Positions 30,881-44,699 of a stretch of DNA of 64,000 nt are shown here, piece after piece. The stretch is from the NCBI RefSeq assembly GCF_009914755.1, contig NC_060938.1; one strand, written 5' to 3'. This stretch comes from the human T2T-CHM13v2.0 reference genome, Homo sapiens. Positions within the stretch are counted from its first letter, which is position 1. Each line of letters begins with the position of its first letter. The position numbers and the translations under genes are program-made. Under the pieces are notes generated by a model. That model searched no databases. It saw nothing but the letters and a program-made list of their open reading frames with translations, and was not told the DNA's origin.

Positions 30881-31220
30881 CTGCTGTGCTAGCAATCAGC
30901 GAGATTCCGTGGGTGTAGGACCCTCTGAGCCAGGTGTGGGATATAGTCTCGTGGTGCGCCGTGGAGTATCTTTTTGTACACTTCTTTGCCATTGGTGTAT
31001 CTGTTTTGGTGAGGCTTCTATTAAGTTCTTTGGCCTATTTTGGGTGGGTGGGGGTTGTTTGTTTTCTTCTTTTGTTGAATTTAGGCTAATGTTTCTTAAA
31101 GTCTCATCCTCTGTCAATTTGTATATGAATCATCTGAGGAGTTTATTGAGCATACAAATTCTTGGGCCTTATTCCAGGTCACTGGAGTCAGAATATCTGA
31201 TGTGGGGGTCATTAATTTGA
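30828..31220 (+). CDS. ORF0: Chimeric ORF0: 45 aa of L1 ORF0 plus 85 aa from flank (130 aa); expression unknown
   Basis: MAGAPPPASLPPCSLISDCCASNQRDSVGVGPSEPGVGYSLVVRR, then open through the TSD to the stop at 31218-31220; Kozak GCAATGG. Confidence 0.5.
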   Translation: MAGAPPPASLPPCSLISDCCASNQRDSVGVGPSEPGVGYSLVVRRGVSFCTLLCHWCICFGEASIKFFGLFWVGGGCLFSSFVEFRLMFLKVSSSVNLYMNHLRSLLSIQILGPYSRSLESEYLMWGSLI

Positions 31221-31278
31221 GTTTTAAATAAGTTTTTCTGTGATTCTTAATAAGTGCTAAAATATTAGAAGGACTCTG
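31087..31278 (+). mobile_element. MER5A-like hAT transposon
   Basis: AATCATCTGAGGAG...CAAATTCTTGGGCC...TGGAGTCAGAAT...GTGATTCT. Confidence 0.65.
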
Positions 31279-31549
31279 AGACAATTGTCTTTAAAGAAAT
31301 CCAGATGATTTATTTTTTTTCTTTTTAAAGACTCTGAAGATTCCCACTACGGACCATGAGCTTCCAGAAGTTCATGGCCAGGGCACACTTTCATATAGTA
31401 AGGATTGAAAAATTTTGCATCTTTTTGGCATGAGTCATTCACTTCTCTTTTCTTCCTCATAGATTTCCACCACTCTAGTTCTCCTTTCTTTATCTCTCTT
31501 CTCTGCTTTTCACATTCTCCATTTCTGATCTATTACCAGAGCCATGCTC

Positions 31550-31841
<292 letters not shown>

Positions 31842-32124
31842 CCATGATTCTTTCATCTCTCCTAACGGAATTTGTAATACCTGCTGAATGTACTACATAC
31901 ATTTTGATAGTGTAGGTTTCTGAGAGATTAGTGATGAAATCTGGTCCATGAAGAAGAAAGTTCAATGTCTGGTGTAATATGATTCAGTAAAATAAGTAAT
32001 GACAGACCTTATCCTCTAGAAGTTCCAGAGCTGGAGGGGGGGCTCTGGGTCTTGAAGAAGTCTGCTGGTGAAACTCGTAGCCCAGGATCTGGACACAGGC
32101 GACAAAAGTGGTGTCAAAATTCTA

Positions 32125-32176
32125 TTAGGTTGGTGCAAAAGTAATTGCAGTTTTTGTCATTACTTTTAATGCCTAA
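32125..32176. mobile_element. MADE1 (Hsmar1 MITE), most of one arm deleted
   Basis: TA then TTAGGTTGGTGCAAAAGTAATTGCAGTTTTTGTCATTACTTTTAATG then CCTAA. Confidence 0.85.
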
Positions 32177-35100
32177 GCAATTGGTAAGTACGAATAATAC
32201 ATTCTGGAATTTTAGGGTCTAGGACATTAGTTTGGGAGTTGAATGTCTTTCTCTAACCTCATTGATAAGTTCTCCACTTCAACAAAGTTGACTTTATGAA
32301 GTTAGAATGTTGGAATGTGTCTAGCACATGTCCTTTCTGTATTCTTACATGGGCAGTCATACATTTATCCTGTGCCAACCTTCTGAGGTTTTAACAGAAT
32401 CTGGTACTTCAGTTAGCCATTAAAACAAAATGCTGCAACAAGCTTTCACTGAGAAATGTGTATTTACTGGAGATTTCTTTAAAAAGAACAAGAAGGTTAA
32501 TATTAAATGTTACATGGCAAAAATTGATGCAAATCCACATTTTCCATTTCTGGATTGTTTAAAGGCATTCTTTGTCTTTCAGCCACCAGATACGTATACT
32601 TCTTTGTGTACACTTTTGCTATGGGCTCTGTTTTCCTTCTCCTATATTCTGGGTGTAAGAACCAAGGGTCTTCCCCTTGAGTCTTTCTATGTTTTTCTTC
32701 CATATTATCTATTGTATGAATAACTACATTATATATATAATAGATAATATGTTATTACTAAGTTATTATGTTATATTATATTATATTATATTATATTATA
32801 TATGTCGCTTTTTGGCTATTTGATGCTGTTCAAGATCTTTAACCTCTCTGAATCTCAGGAATAATAACTGTACTTATCTCAATAGAGAAGCAAAGGAGTT
32901 AATATATATGCAAGGTTCAAAATAGTAACTAGCCCATTTAGGACTATAGAAGTGTAAGCTGGATCACATATATCATATTAATGGAACTTATTAAAGAAGA
33001 TTTTTAGCCAAGAGTTCTCAAAGTTCTTAATAATAGCAAATAATAAGGAAAAATAAAATGTGGCAGCTTAAAATGCAACCTCAAACCATAATTCAAACAC
33101 AAATCTTTACGGAGTACTATAGTATTCTTCCTCTTTAGTAGATTTGGCAAGAGTTAAATATAGCTCTCTGACCTTGCCTTGCACCCTAAGAAAAAGTCTT
33201 ATCTCCATCAGAATCTCCGCTTTCTCTACAGTTGCTCTTGGAGGCAATGATCAGATGATCTACTCTTTCAGTTAGTAAGTGTCAAAATTTACATAGAAAT
33301 GTGAATAGCGAGCTGTCACTGCCTTGCTCCAGGCATCTTGCCAGGTTGTGAAGTTGAATATTCAGTTGAGTTTGTATCTCATCATTACAGCTATGGCCTT
33401 CCAGCGGGGACCAAAAGGGCCAGACAGCCATGAATTAATGAAGCTCAGTGGGAAGTCTAAATAGAGACAAAAGTTTTCATCTATATTTGTTTAAGAATGT
33501 TGAAGTAGAACTTGCTTTCCAAATGCCATGTCTAATTTAAGAGCAGGCCTGCAGTGGTAATAGCCCAATATCACCATGTCTCCACTGCCTGCTAAAGCTG
33601 ATACCGGGAGACATCATGCTGTGGAAACAATTATATCAACATAATTGGAAAATATTTTTTTCGGTGCCGTTCTGCCTTAATTAAAGCTCATTTTACATGT
33701 TGGGGAAGGAAGTGTTTTCTCAAAACTTTGGGGTATATTCAGATTTCTTTCAAAAAACAAAGCCTGGATGAAATACATAAAGGAAGGTCCATTTATATTA
33801 GGGATAAAGAGAATCAAATGGAGATTTTTGCATCAGGTGACACCGGTTTGAATTCCAGCCCTACCACTTACTGACTCCATGACCTTGGGCAGGGACTTTG
33901 AATCTGTGGGGCTGGATTTTTTTTTTTCCTCTGAAAATTTCCACGAAGAATGTATGCTTCTGAGTATTGATGTGAGCAGTGAACTTGGTTATTGAAATAT
34001 CTTGAGAAGTACAGGGGTCAAAGTTCACATCCTAGGTTAGGGGAGTGGTTGCTAAGGTCCTCTGAATGAACAAATAAGAAGAAATTGCTTTATGCTCCTG
34101 AGAGTAGCTTAAAGAATAGGATGAATTTGAGAAGAGAAAGCGGAAGGATGGAGGAGTTAACATGGCAGAAGGCAAGAGCTGTGTGAGTTCATAGATCTTC
34201 AGTGGTGGGACTGGACTTGTAAGATTTTTCAATACATTAAAGGAGAGGTACATTTAATGGAAATTTTTTAAATAGTTGCTGTCTGGTATAAATGTGACCT
34301 GTCTCATTATCCTGGATCCTCAGTGGTATCTACCAATGACATAGGTGGTTATGTGAGTCTTTTATTTTTGTTGGTATTAGCGGTAGAACCTGAGGAGAAG
34401 GGAGAGTTAGCTGAGTTTTATGTCTGTTTCAATATGGTATACAAAAAGATCACTGCTGGAAATAGAAGCTGGTCACAGAAGTGACAGTGAGAATATAAGC
34501 CTATCAGAAAAATAACAAATATCTTGGACAGATTGGGCTTTCCATTGGGTATGGAAGAGGGATTTGAGATGAAGATCATTTTGGTTGGGAGCTTGGTCTG
34601 ACATCCTGGTTACAGACATACAGTAATCAATACCCAGACAGAACATATATGTACACAATAGATTTTTATTATAGTTGTCAAACCAATAAGGATAGCTCAA
34701 AGCAATATTACATATAGATTAAATAATATTTTACACTTTACAATGTCATTTCATTTTTGTAATCTCTTTGTCCTGTGGATTAGGTTGCTCCCTTCAACCC
34801 CCAATTTGTTTCCCCAAAATATTTTTCATCACAATGTATTCAAGTTTGGTTACATATTTATTCCAGGAGAGATTCTCTAAGAATGAGATTATGTCCAATT
34901 CTATAACTCCGTGATCCCAAAGCGTAGCAAAACGTCTGATACATAGTTGGAAATTAACAAACATTTATTCAACAGATTAGTGGATTTCATTCTTACAGTG
35001 GTAGGGGGGAATGTTGTTTCCTTTTACCAATGGGCAAACTGAAGATCAAAGAGTTATACCCAAAGTAACATAACTAAGTGATATGATCATGATTTAGATT

Positions 35101-35675
35101 TGGCCTTCTTCAAGTTTAGAATTCTCATTATGCTTTATCTCACCACAAGCTTTTCCAATCAGAAAAGGCAAAATGTAACATAATTTAAAAATTTTTGAGA
35201 TAATTACCTTAATTCTAAAGAAAATTTGCCAGTTACCTCTTCCTAACATTTATTACTCTAAAAAGAGATTAAAATTTTAATGACAGAGCTCATAATTTTC
35301 TCTTGGTGCTGGATTCATCCTTTATTCCTCAAAATGGAGTAACACAACTTTAATTTTCATGCCTTTTGCAATCTAAAGACATGAGTGCTTTTTGTGTTTG
35401 ATGTAATGAATTCATGACCTTGAGATGGAATATAAAATCTTGAAATTCTGTCTCTAAATCCTTAGTCTACTTTGTTAGAAGATGGTTACCCAAACTTTGA
35501 CTTTAAGTCTTAAAGAAGCATTTTGGCCGTAGAAAACAGATGGAGAGGTGTGGCTTGGGGCTCCCCAAAAGCAGAACACTAACCACTTTCATGGAGACCT
35601 ATCATTTACTTTCCTTGTTTCTCTTGTGTGGCTTTGCCATCAGACTCTCACATGATTGCTTGAAAGTCAGTTTAT

Positions 35676-35989
<314 letters not shown>

Positions 35990-37882
35990 TTAATTTCACC
36001 TTTTGCAGATTTGTCATCTCCTTGACTAGAGACTTTTATCCACATATTATACCTTAATGAATGTATTAGTTTCAGAGCTTTTGGGTAAAAATGGCAGAAA
36101 ACACAACCATAGTGGTTTAAAATCACACAGGCTTGTTTATTTCATAGACCAAGATATCCGGAGGGAGCCACTCAATAGGCAGGATGGCTGCTTCGAGATG
36201 TTCTCATAGACTCTGCTTCTTTCTATTTTTCTGTCTCAATCTGGTAGCTTTTCCCCACATGGTTTCAAGATGGTGGTTGTGGTTCAGGTAGGAAATAAAG
36301 GAATTAATTCTCTCAGAGGGAAGCCTTACCTTTTTATTATGAGAGATATATGGTTCCCAAAGACAACATCAATTTGGTTGGATACGTGTGAATTGTCCAA
36401 CACTAGTTCGCTAGTGAAAAAAGTCTGTGGTATCAGTCGAATTAGAAAACCAAAAGTGTCTGCCTTAATGACTTTCTTTCACTTCACCTCAAAACTCTGG
36501 ATGTACTCTTCTCTTCTCATTGCTACTATCACAGATTCCTAATGAGTAGGAGACAGGATATGAAACTATACTATACTCATTTTCTATAGTAAAACTTTAA
36601 GTGGGTCCCAGAACCCCAGAATTTCAGGCTTAACAAGGACTTCAAAGGTCACCTGGATCAATCCTGTATTCAAGGCCGATTTTCATGAAAACGAATTTGT
36701 TCAGCCTGCTTTGGAAAATCTTCAGCAATTTTCATGAGCCAGAGGATGTCTGAAGCTACCATCAGCAGAGGGTAATTTTGATTTGCTTTAGATGTCCCTA
36801 ATGAAGCCACATACCAAGCAAAGTGGCTCTCTGGTCAGCGTTCCCCCTGGACTCCGATGGGAAGAGAAAGTGCACAGCAGAATACACAATAGCTTGCTTA
36901 TCTGGAGTTCTTTTTCCCATGCAGCTGCTGCTGGCCTGGAATACTAACAGATAACTAGCATATTCTGAGGGTGAAATTAATGGATTGACAAAGAAATGCT
37001 GTCAGGGAGATTGTCAAGTTCCTTTCCTAGAACATTAGCCATTCTCTGAAGGTAATGGAAGTGGTTAGGCTAAATTGTCAGTTCATTTTGTTGGATTAAA
37101 AACGAAAAAGAAAACATTGGAAATAAAAACTGGGGGTTCTGACGGTGGCTTCCCCATACTATGACTGGACAAAGGGAGCTGTGTATATATTGGCAGGCTC
37201 AAATTAACTCAGCTAGGTGGAGACATTTTAACATTTCATTTGCAGCCTAATTTTCTATATATAGGTAAAATACTAATCTGGTCTTTAGCAGTTAGGGAAA
37301 TGAGAATAAAACAGGGTCTTTTATTTTTGAGTGTTCTATTCACAAATTTTTGAGAAAGTACATAAAGTGAATATTACCAAAAATTACATGTTTTTGAAAA
37401 ACAAAACAAAACAATACAATACCAAGTGATGTCTAAACTTATCCAGCATGTTGGTGAAGACAGATTACATCAAAATATGTGCAATGCCCTTTTCAAACTG
37501 CTGTGGAAATTGATACGGCTGAAATCAACTGTTTCTGTGCCCTTTTTGAGCCATCGTTCTGACATATTTTAGATAATGTGGAAAGCACAAACATTTAAAA
37601 AAATAATTTTACACTAAGAAAGAATAAATTTGTTCTATAGAAAGTCTACTTTTATGTGATTTATTTGATATGATTACTGTTGTTTGGTTTCATTTTGTTT
37701 TTTAAAATATATTTTTCTATATCTCCTGAGAAATATCAAAAGACTTAGCAGGACTTTCTCTACAATTCACAAAGATTTGATGGATTACACAGAGATTTAA
37801 TAAGTCAACTAACTCATATATATGTATACATATTTTTCTTAATTCTGAATAAGAAATAATTTTCACTTTGGGAGCTCATTCT

Positions 37883-37918
<36 letters not shown>

Positions 37919-39999
37919 CTGTCAATGTAATATATATGTGTGCATATATATATATATTCCATTGACAACTTAACTTTTTATAAGAAGCTACTGATAAAGT
38001 CTGTAATAGTCATGGAAGTGAGGATAAAATGAGTTAATTTAATTCTATTAATATAATACAGCCTCCTTTATAGAGTTACATCACTGGGGAGCCACCTTCA
38101 AAATTTTCTACTCTTATTTCCAACTTTATTCCATTTTTAATTGATCAAAATGCATTGACTCTTCAGTCTATCTACCCATAGATAGATTTGGTAGGTAGGT
38201 AGATAGGTAGTTAGACAGACAGACAGACAGCTTGACAGATATAGGTAGATGCAGTGGCTCTAAATATTGGCTCAAGATATTCTGTATCTTAAACATAGGT
38301 TTTAGAAAATACTTCTTGTACTCCAAAGAGAACTCCATTAGAGATCTTTCTAGAACTTTTCTCTCTAGAAACATCACTGGCTTTCTGAATTAAAATGACT
38401 ACTTGAGGAAAGACATACTGTTCCTTTTTTTTGAGATTTTAATCATTTAAGATTTTTGAGGAAGTATTCTTTTAGTGATACCTACTTTAACCTGGCCTAC
38501 AGTACCTTAGTTACATCTTTTGATTTGATTTCTTTTTTATTTAGGGAAGTGAAATATTTACCTGAAGTAAGATTGCAAGAACCTTTATCAAATATAGACT
38601 AAGGACTAATATGCATTACCTCATAATATTTTAATGACTGGACAAAATCTGGATATACCCCAGCCTAAAATCTGCCCATAATCCTTTTTGTTTCTATTAT
38701 TGGTCTGATCTGATGCACTATTTCTATAATACTCTACAAATATTCTGTTTTCACAGCAACCCCTTCGAGATTAGTCAATGATCTGTACACTCATTTCCAT
38801 CTTTAAACTGTTACAGATATTCCAATATCAGAGGGAAAATGAGAAAGCAGATTAATGAGAATTCAATTGATGGCCCTACTGGTGTTTTGTTGGGTACCAG
38901 GCCTATTATCAAGGAAGACATCAAAGCTACCCAATCTCATGGTTTGCATAGATTGTCTTATTGCCTAAGGCTTCCGGTGGTTTGTTTATTTGTTTTGTTT
39001 TGATTTTGTTTTGTTTTTTACCTTTCCTTTCATTTTATCTGTCCTTCTGTCTTTCTTTTTGTTTGCAGAATAACTTCATAAAGTTTCTGGTTTATATTTT
39101 TATTTTTAGGCTACTATTTATTACAATTACAATCACAAATAATCCATAAAATCTAAATACAGTGATAATGTTTATGACTTTGCCTATCACTACTTATCAG
39201 GATACAGCTGTGTATATGTAGAAACACAAAGATAGAACCAAACTGAGTTATATTCTTGAGCCATCAAACATCTGTTAACAGAGGTACTTTGTTTCATTAT
39301 GGAAAAACAGAGCTGAAGAGGGGGAGAAAAAATTCATTCATTCATTCATTCATTCAAACAAGTATGTATTAAAAATTTGCTATGTGATATACTACATTCT
39401 GCAATGAGGCTACAGAATTGAGTGCATACTGTCTTTCCTCAAAAAAGAATTAACAATATGTGGAAGAGGAGAGGTATAAGTGAGAGGGCGCTGAAGAGAA
39501 ATTCTCCTACTTTACAATGTTAACTCATGGAATATTTTTACAAGTTCAGGATTGATATAATGGTGGTATAAGGAAGGAACCTGGCCAGAAAAAGATGGTC
39601 TATTCAAATTGAGTATTGTGATAAAAATGTAATGTGTGCACTACCTTTTGCAATGATACAAACAAAAAGTAAGGAAACCACAAAGGATATCACAATACTT
39701 GGACCCTACTTAGCCAGAGGGCTAGGGAGAGAAACACTGGAACCTGAAGAAACTGCATAGAAAAGCCACCAGACAGGAGCTGGGACCTTTGGTTGATAGA
39801 GCAGGGATGCAGGTAGCCTAAGATGACCCTGTAGGGAGAGATGACAGGAGGGAATAACTGCATTCCTCTCTTTACACACTCCCATCCTCTGCTAGTGCTC
39901 CACATTCATCAAATGAATCTTGAAACAGGGCAAGTCAGCCTTCAGAGACATAAAAAAGGTTGAAGAGGGTGTAGAATGGATCAGCAAACCACTGCACAA

Positions 40000-40130
40000 T
40001 GATCAAAAGCACAAACTAGAGCCAGACTGCCTGGGTTCAAATAACAGCTTTGCCACTTACAGGCTATGATCTTAGGCAAGTCATTTGAGCTTCCATTCCC
40101 TTATCTTTATAATGGAGAGTATTACTAGGA
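40000..40130 (+). mobile_element. MIR
   Basis: GAGCCAGACTGCCTGGGTTCAAAT...TGCCACTTAC. Confidence 0.75.
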
Positions 40131-40200
40131 CTTCTTAACTGATTTTCTTTTAATAAAATTTTTATTTTAGGACAGTTTTAGACTTACAGAAAAATTGAGC

Positions 40201-40235
40201 TGGCGAAAACTGCGATTACTTTTGCACCAATCTAA
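40201..40235. mobile_element. MADE1 half (single Hsmar1 TIR)
   Basis: TGGCGAAAACTGCGATTACTTTTGCACCAATCTAA. Confidence 0.8.
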
Positions 40236-40574
40236 ATAGTGCAGAGAATCCCATCTACCTCATATTGTTTCCCCTATTACTAACATCTTACATGACTATG
40301 GTACATTTGTATATTGGTAAAGAACTAATGTTGCTACATTATTATTAGCCTAAGTCCATAAATCAGATTTCTTTAGTTTTTAATTGTGTTTTATTTTTTG
40401 TCCTGTTCCTGGATCTTATTAGAACACACATTACGTTTAGCTACCATGTTTCCTTACCTATCACCTCTCCACTGTGATGGTTTCTCAGTCTTTCTTTATT
40501 TCTCATTACCGTCATAGCTTTACATAACATTGGTCAGGTACTGCTGAGAAATATAGGCCAGAATAGTCCTCAAT

Positions 40575-41745
40575 TTTTTTCTTTTTAAAATCAAGACATA
40601 ATTAGCATACTATAAAATTCACAATTTTAAAGAATGCAATTCAATAGATTTTAATATATTCACCAGGTTGTGCATCTATCACTTGTATCTAATTCCAGAA
40701 TGTTTTTATCATGCCAAAATGAAATTCCATACACATTCCTTCATTCATTAAGTCCCTGGAAACCACTGATAGATTTTCTATCCCTACAGATTTGTCTATT
40801 ATGAGCAATTCATGAAAGTAGAGTTACACAATATGTGATCTTTTTTTTCTGGCTTCTAGCATGCATCTGCACTTCATTCTTTTTTTATGGCCAAATTATA
40901 TTCAATTGTATAAATATATCAGATTTTATTTTTCCACTGATCAGTTGATGGACATTTGGATTGTGTTGATTTGGGGACTATTACAAATAATGCTATGAAC
41001 ATTTGAGTACAAATTTTTAAGTGAACATGTTTTTATTCTCTTAGCTATGTGCCTTGGAGTAGAATTGCTGGAGTATATGTATCTCTACTTTTAACTTTTT
41101 GAGGAACTGCCTATTGTCTTCTATAGGGCTGCGCCTCTTAACATTTCCATCAGCAAGTTATAAAGGTCCCGATTTTTTCACATCCTTATCAACACTTGGC
41201 AACATAGTCTACCTTTTTAAACTTGGTCCTTCTAGTGAGTATGAAGTAGTATCTTATTGTGGTTTTCCAAATAGCTGATGATGTTGAACAACTTTTATTG
41301 TTCATTGTCCATTTGTATATCTCTTCGGGACAAATATCTATTCAAAATCTTTGGCCATTTTTATATTGGATTGATTTGTCTTTTTATTTTTGGTAAGAGT
41401 TCTTAATATATTCTGGACACTAGACCCTTATCAGATACATGGTTTACAAATATTTTCTTACATTGTGTGGGTTGTCTTTTTACTCCTTGATAGTGTCTTT
41501 TTAAGTACACAAAGTTTTAATTTAGCTACAGTCCAATTTATATATTTTTTTGGTTGCTTGGGCTAGGTGTCATATCTAAAAAACTGCCTAACCCAAGGTC
41601 ACAAAGATCTACAACGACGTTGTTTTCTAAGAGTTTTCGAGTTTTAGTGCCCACAGTTAGATCACTGATCCATTTTGAGTTAATTTTTGTATATGGTGTG
41701 AGGTTAGGGTTCAACTTTGTTCTTTTCCATGTGGATGTTCAGTTG
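40575..41745 (-). mobile_element. L1MB-like 3' fragment
   Basis: ATAAAATTCACAATTTTAAAG...AATATATTCAC; GATCCATTTTGAGTTAATTTTTGTATATGGTGTGAGGT. Confidence 0.7.
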
Positions 41746-43330
41746 GGCTGAACAGTGGATGTTCACTGTTCACTAAAAAAAATTAATTGGAATTTTCCTC
41801 TTGATTAGACTAGAATTATTGGTGTAGAAGGCCACAGAGGAAAAGCTCCATTCTCAAAACAACATACCATCACCAAGTTACCATGAATGAAGTCACCTTG
41901 AGCATCTGGATATGGTAGTATTTGTCAAGTTTCTTCACTGTTCATTTACTGACCCCACTATTCCACTTTCACCCCGCTTTCCATGTTGTACTCTTAGATG
42001 CAGACACGTCATTGTACATAAGGATTGGGGAGTTATGCTCCATACGCTTGAGAGCAGAGAAGCTATATAAGTTTTCTGGAATTTTTCTGCACATGAAATT
42101 TATTTATTCTCTTCATTTTTAAATTCATTTTTTTAATCAACATGGGCTCATGGATATTTATTTAATATGTTTGGTATTAACATTATACTTGGCTTAGCTT
42201 CTTAAATTGTTGTATTTTTGGCCATGGTCCTCTCCCAGTGATTTCCTTTGATATATTCATATTATTGCCTTTTTTTTGAGCACTTCTATACTTCCTGGCA
42301 CTACAAGATATTCCAGGATTATCTTGTATATTTCATGTCCCAGTTATAGAATCAGTCATTTCTTCAAGGAGCAGATTTTTTGTTGAAAAATTTTATTAAA
42401 AAGCAAGATTTTGGTCCTAAGTTGTTCAGTGCTACTGAGGAGTCATTGTTTCTAGGCTCTTTCAACTAACAAAATAAGGAAATATACGTGTGTGTACTAA
42501 CTCCTGTAGGTATGTATATCTATAAATATTGTTATATATAAACTTCTGCATATACATTAAACATGAGTGCATACTATCTCTACCTCTAATCTATTGCCAC
42601 ATAGGTTATTTTTGCCCTCTTTCTTTGCTTATCTGTAAGTTACCACCCCAACAGTGAGAAAACTGGCTCTTACCATCTGCTATTCTTTCACTTAAGTGTT
42701 CAGTTCTAATACACATATATAGTCATAATTGTTAACTCCTACACTTATGACAAAGAACTTCATTAACTAAATAATAGTCGTATGCACAATGCCTTTTGCC
42801 TTTAATATTACAGAATCCATTCATTTCCAGTCTTAGATTAATACCTTAATCTCTCAATCTTTTCAGTGATATTATTTCATGCCTTGTAGTACACTTAGAT
42901 TTCTTTGTCACAGTTTACATTCCTTTCTTTTAAATTTTTCATTTTAATTTATCTTTTAAAAATCTCAACTTTTATTTTACATTCAGGGGTACATGTGCAA
43001 ATTTGTTGTATGGGTATACTGAACTCAGGTAGTGAGCATAGTACCCAATATATAAATCCATGCCCCCTCCCTGCCTTTCTCTTCTAGTAGCCCACGTTTT
43101 ACTCCATGTGTGCTCAATATTTAGCTCCGACTTATAAGTGAAAGCAGGCCATATTTGGTTTCCTGTTCCTTTTTTAGTTTGCTTAGGATTATGGCCTCCA
43201 GCTCCATCCATGTTGCTGCAAAGGACATGATTTCATTCTTTTCTATGGCTGCATAGTATTTTATGGCATATAATTACCACATTCTCTTTTTTCAATCCAC
43301 CATTGATGAATAGTTAGGTTTAACCTATGT

Positions 43331-43370
43331 TGTATTAGTCAGGGTTCTCTAGAGGGACAGAATTAATGGA

Positions 43371-43402
<32 letters not shown>

Positions 43403-43778
43403 TTATTAAGTATTAACTCACACGATCACAAGGGCCACAATAGATCATCTGTAGGCTGAGGAGAAAGAAGAGCCAGTCCAAGTTCCAAAACTGAAGAACA
43501 TGGAGTTGGATATTTGAGGGCAGGAAGCATCCAGCACAAAAGAAAGATGCAGGCTGGGAGGCTAGGCGGGTCTCTCTTCTCACATTTTTCTGCCTGCTTA
43601 TATTCTAGCCACCCTGGCAGCTAATTAGATTGTGCCCACTCAGATTAAGGATGGGTCTCCCTTTCCCAGCCCACTGACTCAAATGTTAATATCCTTTGGC
43701 AACACCCTCCCAGACACACCCAGGATCAATTACTTTGTATCCTTCAATCCAATCAACTTGACAGTATTAACCATCACA
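43331..43778 (-). repeat. MLT2A1 3' LTR
   Basis: Homologous to 49223-49661; contains (TA)n. Confidence 0.92.
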
Positions 43779-44336
43779 AGTCTACCCCTTGTCAACTTGA
43801 ACCCATACACATCTCCTGAGATCATAATTTCAAATAAAGACAATAATAAAGTCATAATTACACCTAACATAATACAACTATCCTTTGTACAATCAGAAAT
43901 GCACCAATCCCCAACTCTATTACATAAAGTTATATAAATACTATTACAAAAAGTTACATAAATACTATTACATAAAGTTAACAATACTTAAATGCTGATG
44001 AGAAGTCAGTAAACCTTATGTCACATGATAAAGGAGAAAGGAAATAAGATGAAGATATTTTCTTACATGTATACATGCACGAACATGTTTTTACACAAAA
44101 GAAGGAGGAAATACTCATGACAATCACAGTCCTTGTTTCTGCAGTTGGTCACATGGTCGTAGCTGGTATTGTTGACTACCTTCTTCTACTACCCGTTCCG
44201 CATTCCCTTTGCCTTCAGCAAGCACCTCAGCAAGTCATGGTATTTTTCCTAGTGGAGTAACCCAAACCTTCATTCCTGAAGGGTCTGGGTCTTCTCTAGT
44301 CCTGCCTGTATTGACTGTTGTAGTTTCCTATTAACA

Positions 44337-44642
44337 TTAATCACAGGGCACTAAGAGACATCCTAATGGATCTCCTGTATTCCATGCATACTCTTCCTTA
44401 CCTCCACTGTGGAGAAGTAGACTGATTTCATTTTGATAGTGTGGGTCAATCGCAGCAGCCAACACTGTAACACCCTTCTTAGCCTGTTGACTTAAAGGTA
44501 GGAGGAGCTCAAAGTTTCCAGGTGGCAATCTGAACTTCCAGTTTAATAGGACCATTGTTTTGTCTCCTGATGTCAGTGTTCCTCCTTCTGGAACTAAGAC
44601 CTCTAGGACAGCAGAAGATAATGTCATGGGAAAGGGAAGCAA
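44337..44642 (-). pseudogene. HERV-L dUTPase remnant
   Basis: LNWKFRLPPGNF...GVTVLAAAIDPHYQNEISLLL resembles dUTPase motifs; lies after integrase, as in ERV-L. Confidence 0.8.
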
Positions 44643-44699
44643 AAGTTTGGCTAGTGGATCAATAGGGGTGATGGTGAGTGGTTACACTTCTACTTTCAA

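Noticed and set aside
30896-31117. 73-aa minus-strand ORF running from flank into the L1 5' UTR
   Set aside because: Antisense shadow of the ORF0 fusion; relevant only as a uORF if unspliced read-through exists
37920-37967. Imperfect ~48-bp palindrome (TGTCAATG...CATTGACA)
   Set aside because: Mostly self-complementary (TA)n; too weak to call a miRNA or MITE
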